DNA from: a virus
Taxonomy: Duplodnaviria; Caudoviricetes
Length of the DNA stretch: 55,956 bases
Strand: one strand, 5' to 3'
Virus record (IMG/VR): IMGVR_UViG_3300032303_001999
Span: 1 to 55,956 of that record
The stretch's first letter is position 1. Each line of letters opens with the position of its first letter. A program made the position numbers and the translations under genes. This document shows, piece by piece, positions 27,880 to 39,800 of this stretch. A model generated the notes under the pieces. That model was not told the DNA's origin. It ran no database searches and saw nothing but the letters and a program-made list of their open reading frames with translations.

Positions 27880-30800
27880 CTACTTTGTCTGCTTTGCGTC
27901 GCTCATCGCATATCTCTGTCTGACAATCTGTTCCTCGTATTTATTGCGGAGCTTGGAGGCTAAATCTTGGATTTTCTTCTTCTTTGCGTCAGTCGGGTTG
28001 GCGATATCGGCTTCGGTGATGTTCACCTCGAACAAGGCCTGTAGCTGGGGCTGGACAATGGAGTTCAGCGTCTCCTGTTCCCGCAGAGTCAGCCTAACTT
28101 TCTTTTTGCTGTAGGGATCTGTGATTTCGGCTCTGGGTGAGTTGAGGATCCAAGTCTTCCCATCCGTTGAGATCTGTTGCCTGTTGTAGGATTCCACGAA
28201 CCGATTGAGCTTAGAGGCTGGCTTTTTCTTGTAGACGGCCACAGGGGAGAGATTCCTAAGTGCGAACTTCGCAACCTTGCCAGCCGTGCTGTTGGGCACG
28301 ACCTCTGTGAACGGCTTAACAACCTTTTTGCCCTCGTAGTCGTAAGCGTATGGAGTCCTGTATCCAGTCGCATTCGGGTATGCTCCCACAAGAGGAGCAA
28401 ACTTTGACAGCATCCTGTCTTTGTTTAACAGGCTTGGCTCTTCGGATTTAGTTCTCGATACATAATCTCTTGAGGCCTCTATAAGACCCCTAGCGGCTGG
28501 AGGGGCTGTAAATACAGATGCAAAATCAATAACAGGGTCAACCACGTTCCAGTCAACGAACAATGTCTTTGCTGTACGGAGTTGTCCTCCGAATGTCTTC
28601 TGGGCAAGGATTCTGCTGAAATCGCCAACAAGGTTTTGAGAAACGGCAATGCCCCCGCCACGATGAACTGCGTCTTTTACTGCTGTTCCTAGTGCAACAC
28701 CAAAGCCCATAGTTGACGCAAACGGCTCAATTCTGCTGATATCGAACTCTTTGTCCCCAATTCGGATCATATAAGATCTGTGGCCATAGCGAGTGGTTCT
28801 CCCAGCTGAATCAGCCTGGGCGGCGGGGCCAGTAATCAACAGGAACTTCTTATCGTCATCCTTGTCTCCTTCCATGCTTCTAAACAGAGCCATCAGAATT
28901 GCTGTTCCGATTGCTCCTTCGGTAAGGCCAGCGACAGAGTTCTCGTAGTTGCTCAGATCCATAAACCTCTGGCCTTCTCTGTTTTTCTTAATGGAATTCA
29001 TTGCTCCGATTGCTGAGTCGGCAAGGCCGATAGGGGTGAAGGCAAGTCCACGAGCCAGCACATTGTAGGAGATTCTGGCGAACAGGGTAAGGCCTCGAAG
29101 AACTTGCAGACCCATTGACCCAGTAAAGGCCACAGGAGCGGTGACAGCCCTTGCTCCATTGTTCGGATCAAATCCCCAGCTTTCAAGGTTTTTGGAAAGA
29201 TCAGAGATGCTCCTGCTTAACTTGTTCAGTGCTCGAGGGGCGGCCTTACCGAGCCTCTTGAAAGTAAATGGCTCGTCTTTGTTGTCGGCTACATCCTCGT
29301 TAAGGGTTTCACGAGAAGACCGCTCAACCGCAATCTTCCACGAATCAGATCCGAATTCGCTGACTTGGTTTCTTACATAGTCGACAATCTCTTGGCCTTT
29401 CAGCCCCTTTGCCTTTGCCATTCTAAATGCAATGGATCCGACAAGAGTTTCTGCGGCAAACGATTTTGCGAACTCGTCAGCGGCCAATAAAGCTCGCAGG
29501 GGCAATCGAACCTTCTTTCCGAGGGGTCCAGGGATCTTGGGATCGTTCTCGTAGAACTTCTGATCGCCTTCGTCCAGCATGGTCGCATCGGTATGATCGA
29601 TATTGTAGTAAGGCTTCTCGGTATTGAATGCCAAGCGGGCGTATCTCGTTCCGTTAATTACGGAAGGCAACATAGCCATAAACCCAAGCTTTGCCTCATC
29701 GGTGGCTCCGTTGACCACGTCAGACAAACTGGCGTATGGATTGCCAATCGTTCCGTCTGGAAGCCTTACATTGAGGCCAGCCTTGCCCATGATGTAAGAC
29801 ATACCCGCCTCGACCATTCTGTAGAATGGGTTTAGAAATGTGAGAGGGGTCTTTGATACGTTGGCAAGCTGGGTTGAGGTGCTGGATACAAGCAGGGCAA
29901 CGTGGGCTTCAAATACTGCATCGCCGATGCTGGCCTGTTTGCCTTGAGACCTACGAACCATCTGCATGGCGACTCCAATGTTGCTTGGCTTTCTCCAGTC
30001 AAACAGAGAGCTTTTGCCGTCCACATTATGCCAATCGGCCTTACCAGAAGTATCGGACTGCCCTGCGTAATCAAATCCCATGGCTGACACAATCTCTGCG
30101 AGAATCTCTTCCTTGGTGAGGGGAGCCTCTTCTTGGTTGGCTTCGATACCCCTAGACCGCAGGGATGCTCCGTTGGCAAATGCGGTCAACTTTGCTTTCA
30201 ACTGGCTTCTTGTGATCCCTTGGGTCGCAAGCTCTCCAGCTACTTGGTCAAACCTCTGTTTTGTGTTTGTCTCAAGTGATTTCATTAACTGCATCACTCT
30301 GGCTGGCTTGATTCCAGCTTGTTTGGCGGCCGCCATCGGAACCATACCAGCCATCACGAGTCGGATCGCCTCGGCGTCATCTTTAGACATCTTGATTGTG
30401 TCCAGCACGTCTTGAGCTGATTTGCTCTCACGGATCTTGAGCTGGGCTGTCTCCCAGTCCATCTGCTCGAGGCTTGTGTTTGCTTTAGCCAGCTCTGCTT
30501 GTAAGGCCTCGATCTTCCTTGCGGATTCCTGTTCCAGGACTTGATATTTGTCCAACTGATCTGCCCATAGTTGATTGGCGTCTTGGAACTCTTTAATCCG
30601 TCCCTCCATATACGCCCCCCATTTCTGCCATTGTTCGTTAGCATTAAAGGCCTCTCCAGCTTGGCTTTTTGCTTTGTCTAGCTCGGCTTGAAGGATAGCA
30701 ATTTGTTCATTGTGACCAGCAATCGTTCTCTTTTTGAGGGTTCTTGAGATGGCGTTCTTGTACAGCTCGTTAGAATCTGGGCTTCTTCTGTAGAGTTCCG

Positions 30801-33800
30801 CATTGAAGAATGACCGATTCCGCTCTTCTGGGGTCATCTGGCTATCCCGCCCAATACGGAACGCACGAGCCAGATTTGTCCTCTGGATATCGTTAGCCAT
30901 TGTTAGAATCGCAATTTCACGAAGCTGCTCTGGTGTCTTTGCTGTCTTTGCATCCTCGGCAAGGGCTAGGTAGACCGCCGCTTGATTCGTTGCCGATGTC
31001 TCGAGAGTTCCTTCAAGGAGATCCTCGTAAAGTTGTGCTTTGTGAGTAGCGACCAAGGCTCTGGCGGCCGCCTCAACGGATGCGTCAGTCTCAACTGTGT
31101 CAGTCGGTCTACGTAGTTCTCTGGCTACTCGTTGCACATCACGGAACTGATCGTTTGCAAATGGGCCAGCACTACGGACATCTTGACCTACATAGGGGGC
31201 GCCGACTTCATAGGGAGCGTTCTCTTCGGATGCCCTTTGGTAGGTGGCGTCAATCTCCTCGTCGGTAATGACGCTTCCAGATGCTCCCAAAAAGGAGGCA
31301 AGCAAGTCGTTCAGCGGAGCTTGTTGTGCTCCATTATTGATTGGTTCTTCCTCTGGCATCGGGGGAAGTCCTCGTGAATAGAGCTTAGTACTTGGATTTT
31401 TACCGCTCTCTTTATACAACAACCTCTTGAGTACTTCTGGATTTTGCTTGAGGTACTCAGCTCGGAGTTTAACTGGACTCAATCCTTTGCCTTGATATTT
31501 TGCCTCAAACGACTCTGGAAGCATTGCGTTTTGCATGAAATCTGTGAAAGCATTTTCTCTTTGTTTCCCATAAAGACCGCCTTTAGGGAGAGCCTCTACT
31601 GCCTTTGCCATTGGGGATTCTCCACTCAAAGCAGATGAAACCTCCATCAGCCCTCGTGAGAACAAGGATAGTTGCTCCATCTTAGGCTTGGGAACTGCTG
31701 ACTCTTGCTCCAAGACCAAGTCCTCTGCTGGGGCGGGGGGCTTTACGCTTTCATCTACTTGCATGAGATCCGATTGGAAGGCAATTCCAGGCCATTTTTC
31801 TTCACGAGCTTTGTTCATCAGCATTGTGTAAAGGGCTTCCTCTTGCGGCGATAGCGACTGGGGAGGAACAGGCCGATAGTAACCATCGTCCTCTTTCTGA
31901 TAGGATCCGTGCTTCTTTTTGTGGAGCTGTAAGAGCTTGGTCTTTAGGACATCAATGTTGTTCCTGTCTTTGTCTTGAATCTTGATTCCACGAGAAAACA
32001 GGGTGGCCTGTTCGAGCTTTTTCTCGACGTTGCCTTGGCGGAGATTCTCAACCATCTTCATAAAGTCGAAGGGCTGGCTGGATAGTTCCAAGGCGGCAGA
32101 TTGCCCTTGGGTCAGAATGGTCGGCTTGATTGCCGAGTTCTGCATCATTGCGTTTCTGGCTTCTTGAGGAAGCTCGGCCGCCAAGGCTTGCATGTACTCT
32201 TTGAGGTTTCCGTTAATCTCAATTCCAGCCTGTCCTGGTATCGAGGCCATCTCAGTTTGGAATCTGCTGTCGCTGTACATTTCGGTGACAAATTCGTGAA
32301 TGTTCCCAAGGCCGTAGTAGATCGAGCGAACCTTCTGCGGGTCAGTCTGGATGTCTGTGACCTTTGTTCGGAACATTGGGGCTGTCGCACGAACCTTGTA
32401 AGATGCGTAGAAGAGGGGTTCTAGGTTTTGCTGGCGAAGTTTCTCAATGCCGCTTGGGGTCAGAACAAGGGTCGTGTTCTGCACTCCATTTGTTTCCATT
32501 CCGCCCAATGCCTCTTCATCCGTCTGGTTCAAAAACACAAAGTCTGGGGATCCCTTGGAGGCCACAAGGCTCATCCCAGAGTTCCGACCCATTGGGCGTG
32601 TTCCTTCCAGCCCTTGATCCTTTAGGTACTTGAGGAGAGGGAAGGTGTTCTCGCTGGTGATTTCGGCCTTCATGTGAATCCCATCCTGACCAATTGGCTC
32701 TTCGTAAGGAGCCATGTGCAGGGTCACGTCATAGGTAGATGCCAATCCAGTCCCGAAAACAGCGTCTGCCACAGGGTTGCCAGCGGTATCCTTAGATACG
32801 TTAACAGCCGCTAAATAGGCCTTAATTAGGGCTTTGAGGGGCTTGTATCCTCCCTTACTTCCGCTTGCCAAGGGCAGGGGATTGCCTTCTGCGTCCATTT
32901 CTATATCTGGGCGGTTTGCGTACTCGACAAGTCTATCCAGCTCCTTCTTGCCTGTGGCCGTACCGATTCCTTCTTTGACTAAAAGGTTGTGAGTCAGAAC
33001 GTGCTTGTATTCGTGAATCGTGGTTTCAATTGGTTCACCGCTGTTTTTGATCCCATTAAGGCTCAATACGACCATTCCGTTACCCTCTTTGGATGGCTTG
33101 TAGTACGACCTTACAAAAGTCGGATCTGGGTTGATTTCGGCTGGGACATATAGCCCAGCGGTCATCATGCTTTGCTTGGTGTTTGGGGTGGTCAGCAGTT
33201 TAGCCAATGCTCTTTGGCTTGGTAGTGCGTCTGGCTCGTTCGCAACGGCTGTAAGGAGATCCCTAAACAAGACGCTATTTCCAGCGTTCTTGTCCAAGTA
33301 GCTCACCAGGCCACGAGAGAACAGGGTCATCTGACCCTTGGTTTCTTCAATAGCCTTAAAGCCTTCCATCGGGCTGGCTTCGGTAGGCTCTTGGTCTTCT
33401 TTTGCCGTGGGAGCGTCGATTCCTAGGAAATTCGCATATTTGGATAGTTGACCCTTGAGGCTCTGGATGTGCTTAAAGACCCACGTTCTGTCTGGGGCGA
33501 CTTCTCCATCGAGGTTGCCCACGTTCCTCGATTTGTAGGCCTCGGGAGTCTCGGAGATCTGCTGATAGCTTGCTCCGCTGACATACATCATAAAAATCTT
33601 CCTGTCGGAATCGGCCAGCGAGGCCATGACCTTTTCGAGCTTGTCGTAGAGTTCTTTGTTGGATTCTGGGGCTTCTTTTAGGGCCATGTAGTCTCCCACG
33701 GACGCTTCTTCCTGTTCGACATCGCCCTCTTCATTGAATGTCCCGCTTATCGGAGCGTCTTTTGATATGGTCTCCCGATTCTTGGCTTCCTCTTGCATCT

Positions 33801-36800
33801 GCTTAATGCGGTTATCAACGGCAGACAGGATGAAGTTAGGCACGTTCTCGATTAGTTCGCCTTTGGTGTTTTGGCCGTGACGCTGGTTAATCTGTGCCTG
33901 TAGGGCGATTGCGTAGTCGTATAGGTTCTCGTGGATCTCGTCCTCACCCAAGTTTCCAGCTTGGAGCCATCCGTCATCCGATGCCTTCATCGCCTTGTAG
34001 CGAATGTTTCTTCCAATGACTCCTTCTGGCGCGAAGTCTTTTGCGTTATCGTCGGTTAAGAATCCTTCTACGACTTGCTCTTTGGCTCGGCCTTGACCAG
34101 CTTCACGTTTTAGACCCCTTGAGCGTAGCGAGAACCCATTCTTTGGTCCTCGATACATCCAAGCATCATGTCCTTGATTGATTTTAGCCACGATCATCGT
34201 TGCGATGGCGTTGCTGTTGTCTAATGCCTCTTTCCTATACCCCTCGTTCTTGTCATCGAGGAATGCTTTGTCTGGGATATAGAGGTTGTGACCAGAGATC
34301 ATTGACCCATCGCTGAACACTACAGGCCGAGGCTTACCTTCCTCGTCCATAATGTTGTCCATAACTTTGCCGACTGGCCCAAGCAAGGATCCTTGGCCTT
34401 TGGCTACTTCTGACTTGAGATTTACTAGGTTGTCGGAGTTGACCCCAGCGGGCATCACTACGCCAGTTGTCTTGCCACCATCCTTGGTCGTGAAGGTGGT
34501 GACCGCCGCTGGGACATTAGCCCCGAACATAGAGGAAACAAAATTCGCCCCTGTGAGGAGATTGCCCTCGACCACAAACTGGTCTCTCTGGGTCGCGTTC
34601 TGCCTTGATCTATCGTAGGTCTTGCCGAATCCGTCACCCTTACGGCTTTCAGGCATCTTTTCCTCAACGTATCTATTCCAAGAATCTGGATCTAAGGCGT
34701 TATCTCCAGTAGTAAGCACCTTGTTGATTGCCTCGTTGAATACTCGGTTCTCGATCTCAGATTCTTCCATTCCGCTCTCGTGCATCTGAACTGCCATCTC
34801 GTATGCAACTGCATTAACCTCTCGCAGTTGTTCTGGGGGAAGAGTGTCCACGTCTACACGGCGAGACCCGCGCATAAAAACGACCAGACCAGATCCGTCC
34901 GTGTTGCGGTAAATGCCAGTCGGAAGGTTGGCAATCGGAACGCTTGGGTCGCGGGTAGGGGCTTCGTTTTCGCCGATTGGTGACTTATCCAGAGAGACCT
35001 TGAAGGGGTTTACGTGAGCGAGTTCTGATGCTTGTAGCGGGATTCTGACTTTGTTCTCAAACCCAGAGGTCTGGAGAACTAGGTACTGCCGACTTTCGGC
35101 GTGGGGGAAGCGGTTGTTTAGCTCAACCCCTACGACATAGGAGGGGATCTGCTTTGTGTCTTTTCCAAACCAAGCTCCTTTGCCCACTAGGTCTAAGGCT
35201 CGTTCTACATTGGCCCTTACCTCTGCTGACTTCTTTCTCGTGTTCTCCAAAGCCCTTACCTTTGCCAGTTGCTCCATCCGTGGGTTGCTTGAAATGCGGG
35301 CCAGCTTGTCCTTTAGGACAGAGTCGCTGGCTTTTAAGAAGTCTGATACGGCTGTTTCGGCCTGTTGCTTGGCCTTTTCGAGGGTCGGGATTAGCTCTGC
35401 CGAGGTCGGAGGAGGAATCGGGTTATTGAATCGGTATTTGGCGATGCGGGCTGGTTTAGAAAATGCGTCTTCACCAGACTTGGATTCTGGAACGCTTGGA
35501 TTATCCCTAAGAACATCTTCTAGCTGAGTCCAGTTGCCAGACCCATCTTCCAGCTCGTTTTGTGCTTTAAGCAGAATTTCAGATCCAAAGCTGGTAGTGT
35601 TCTCGCTTGCTTTATATACAAGCGTGTCTTTTGATATTTTTGAAGAGAAACGAGGAGTTCCAAGCACAAGGCCAGCATTAAGCTCTCTTAGTGTTACAGG
35701 CCCAAGTACCTCTCCACCCTCTGGATTTGCGTAAAAATACAGCTTGTCGGCGTTCTTTTGCGGTAGTGTTTTGTCCGAACTTGCAACCCCATACGCATCC
35801 CAAGCCTTCTCGTCAGACAGCTTCTCGGCCTTGTAGTCTTTCTCTTGCGATTCCAGCTCGTAGGTTCCGTTCTGCTTGGCGAAATCCACCATAGCAACGT
35901 ATTCGGCTGTGATTTCCTCGAAGAAATGCCTCTGATCTTCAATATCCAAGATCAAGGCCTTGTGGATCATCCTCCGCATTCCGTCCCCTGGCTCACCAGA
36001 AGTTAGGATCCTTCGGATGTCATCGTACTTCTCGGGGAAGTTCGTTCCAGCTCTGGTGTTGTAGGCCGTTCGTAGCTCTGGTTCGTTAGCCAATACACGG
36101 GCAACGGCGTTGTCTCCGTAGGTATTGAGCATATCCAGCCCAAGGTTCTCGCCAGCGGCGGTTGCGTCTTTGCCAGTTGTGGATGCACCTAGCCGACGCA
36201 TCTTCTTTTGGGTCATCGCCATGATCCGAGCTTCGGCAGGGATGTCTTCGCTATAGATGTAGATGAGTTTCGGAAGGCTCTGCTGGCTGTTGCGGTTTGT
36301 TCTGCCAAGCATTTGAAGCGTATCCGTAATGTCGGCCGCTGGTTGCATAACGATGTGGGTTCTTGGAGCCGCAACTTTATTTCTGGGATCGTCTTGAGCC
36401 GACATCCCTGTTGATGCTGGACGCCCAACTACCAAGGCTCTGAGGTTTTCGCTATTCCTAAATCCTAGCAAAGCATTCTGCTTGTCTTGGTCGGTCATAG
36501 ATCTCTGGGCAAATTCGCCAGACGGGGTGACTACAATGTCTCGACCCGATATTTCACCACTTAAGATTTGCCGTCTTTGTAGTTCCGCACGCAAGGCATC
36601 AAATGGACTGATCGGGAGCTTATTGAGGGTCTCGGCGTTGTCTTTGATGATTAGGGCTAGATCCTTGAACCCAGTCTCCATTAAGGAGTCGTGAAGCTCG
36701 ATGGACTTTTGACTTACCCAGCTAGGAATTCTGGACTTGCCGTTGGTCTTGTTCCAATCAATCGTGAATTCAAGGGCAGGGGCATTGCTCTTTTCATCCG

Positions 36801-39800
36801 CTGGCTCGATCTTGACCTTGTTTGTGTTGAGCTTCCTTGCGTACCGCTCCATGAAATCCTTAAAGGTGACTTTTGCGGTCTTGTCGTAGCTTTGAAGGCT
36901 TCCGCCCTCCATAATCTCTCTGGCATCACGAAGGAATGTCTCTCCTGTTGTATCTAGTGATATGAAAGCTTTCCGCCCTGCTTTGATCTCGGCTTCGGCT
37001 AGGTCTGCTGTGTCTTTGATTTTAGCTCCAAGAACCATGTTAGCGGCGACATTATGGAATTGCCCAGAAAGAGGATAGATAAGAGCTTTTGCTGTCGTGC
37101 CTTCATATTCTTCCTGTGCATCTACTACAAGCTGTTCGGTCAACTTCTTCATCTTTTCGCCGATCTCGATCTGCCTCATTTCGCCGAGGATTTCATTTGC
37201 GGCGTTATGGGCATCAATGACCTCTTGCTTGGCTTTGATTGGTGTTGGAATGAAGGGGATCTTCTGTCCCTTCCAAGTAAATCCACTCTGGAGTCGGAAC
37301 ATCTGCCCAGCCCGAGCCAGCATACTGCTGGTCATCTGCATAAATGGATTGCCGAACCGCTTGGCGAGTCTCTCAAACTCACTTGCGGTAGGTACAGCCA
37401 TTGGGATGCTGGTCTTGGGGAAGTAGGTGGCGATGTTGGCGGGGCTTTTGATAGCCGTTGCCGAAGAGAACACCGCTCCTCGTGATCTCGGAATTACACT
37501 TCTAAAGAATTCGCCGATAGAGCTGTCTGTTCCCGCCGCAGTATGGCTTTCGTCGAGAATGAAGATTGCCCTGTCTGCAATTGCATTAAGGGCGGGGATA
37601 ACATCCTTTTTGGCTGAAGAGCTGATCTGGGCATAGGTAGTAAAGATTGCGTTATGTTCGCTGGGCAATTTCCCGCTCTGTGCGATAAGTCGGAGCTTCT
37701 GGATCGGGTTCTTCATCGTAACAGGGCGACCCTTGCTACGCATTGAACTCCAGTTGTTATTTGTGATGAGAGGCTTGATCTGCCCTTCAAATCCGACGTC
37801 CTCAATATCGTCCATCATTGCTACATACAGAGGCTCTGATTTAGTCACAAAAACTGGGATAAGGCCCTTGGGCAGGGCGTAAGTAAAGATAAGCGCCCCT
37901 ACTGGGCGACCCTTACCAACGCCCATCTCGTGTCCAATAATAACGCTTTTGCCTTTATCAATCTGATTGATGGTAAGGGCGATGGTCTCTAAGGCTTCTG
38001 CTGAAAGCCGTTCCTCGCCGTCATCCCGTTTGAAAATCTTGTCTAAAGGAATTCCCAAAGTCTTTGAGACGTACTGCGGGATTGGGCCGACTTCTTTAAC
38101 AAGCTCGTCAAACGCAAAACGCTGTTCTGGTGCTAGGTTGGCGGGGGATGATAGGCCTAAAGAGTAGTAGCCATCTATCTTCTTGGATTCTTCCTCTCCA
38201 ACTGGAGTCCAGCTCTCTTGTAGCTCGGCCTTTTCTTGGTCTTTGTCGATCTGCTCTTCCCGAGGATCTGGGGCAGGGAGGCCTCTGGAACTTAACGACG
38301 AGCTTGGCCTTGTTTTGGCGAGCGTCTTCTCGACGGCCTTCTGGGCGGCTGAACTTATCGTCCCAGCGTAATCATCGACCAGAGGAATTGGTTGTCCAAA
38401 GATATCTGTTTCGCCCATATCCTTGCGGTCTTGGATCTTGGCTTCCAGCTCTGAGGCCAGATTGTTTAGGTAGCTGGAGAGCTTTGCGCTGGAATCTCTG
38501 AAATCGTAAATAGGCTGGAAGACATCGGCGGCAGTTTGGTCAAGGATGTTTTCCGCAAGTCCAGGGATCTGGCTTCGGTTGTTCTCGACGAACGACTGCC
38601 AATCCTTTGGAGTGTTCACTCCTCCAGCCCTCTTAGCCTCGAGATAGGCCTGTAGTGATTTTGCTATTGGGACAAGAGGGTCGAGCTTCTCGGCTTTTTC
38701 TGCTCCTAGAACCTCTGTGGCTATCTGCCGCAATGAAACAAGTCGGGTAACTGATTTCGTTAGGGCGGCGGCCAAGGTCTTTATACCAGAATTGCCATTC
38801 TCTGGGTCGGTAATTGCAGATATGATGATCTTTTCGGAGTCCGATATTACTCCATTGTTGGAGCTGGCAATCGCATCGGCCAGAAGGGCAGAGGTTACTC
38901 GATCCTTGAAGGCCTTGGTAAAGCTCTCGTCGTTGTTCCTGTACTGCTGTGGCGAGCCGAATATCTCAAAGAACTTCTGCTGAATCGCAACGCTTTCTGG
39001 ACTTTCCGACAGATCTCCGTTTTCGTTTTGCTTGATATCTCGGAGTTCTGGGTTGTCTTGTATTTCACGAGCATCGGAGACGGCAAGCTCTTCAGTCGCC
39101 AAAGTCCCTGTATTTGCCCTTACCGCAAGCCTCCTCAAAAACTGCTCTGGCGTTTTGTTGACGCCCAACCCAGTTGCCGTCTTGTTGGACTCTTCAAAAC
39201 TCGCCATTAGATCCATCTCGGTGACCACAATCGGCATCTTCATAGATCGGATCTGTTCGGCCATTTCTGGGAACTTCTCCATCAGCTTGGCTCGGTAGGC
39301 GGCCGCCCGCTCTGGGTAGCGACGGAACATTTCTATCATTGCCTTGATCCGTCCGTGACCGCTTACGATTTCGTTCTTATCGGTAAGGATGGGTGCGCCG
39401 TCTCCTGTAGATGTTCCTGGCATCGCTTTGTCTGGATCCCAGTTGCGAGCCATAGTCTCAATCTGTGTTTTATAAGCATCCCGATCTTTTCGGTTTCTGG
39501 GCTGGATGTCCGTGCCTTCCATGTCCTTGGCTTCGGTGGCCTCGATGATTTTTGGATTTCCAACAATTGTTGAACCAGTAAAGCCCTGCGTGAAGGCTTT
39601 AATTGTGTTTTCTTTGGCTTTTGGTGCGGGCGGGGCAGGGGGAACAGGCGGAGCGGGCGGAGCTGGTGGCTCTGGAGGAGTTGGAGGGGCGGGTGGCTCT
39701 ACTTGTTCTGTGACTGGCTCTGGCTGTGTCTGAGCCTCTTGGGCAGGGGCTGTCGTGGGTCTAGGATTTGCTCCAGTCGATGGAAGGTTGGGCTGAACTA

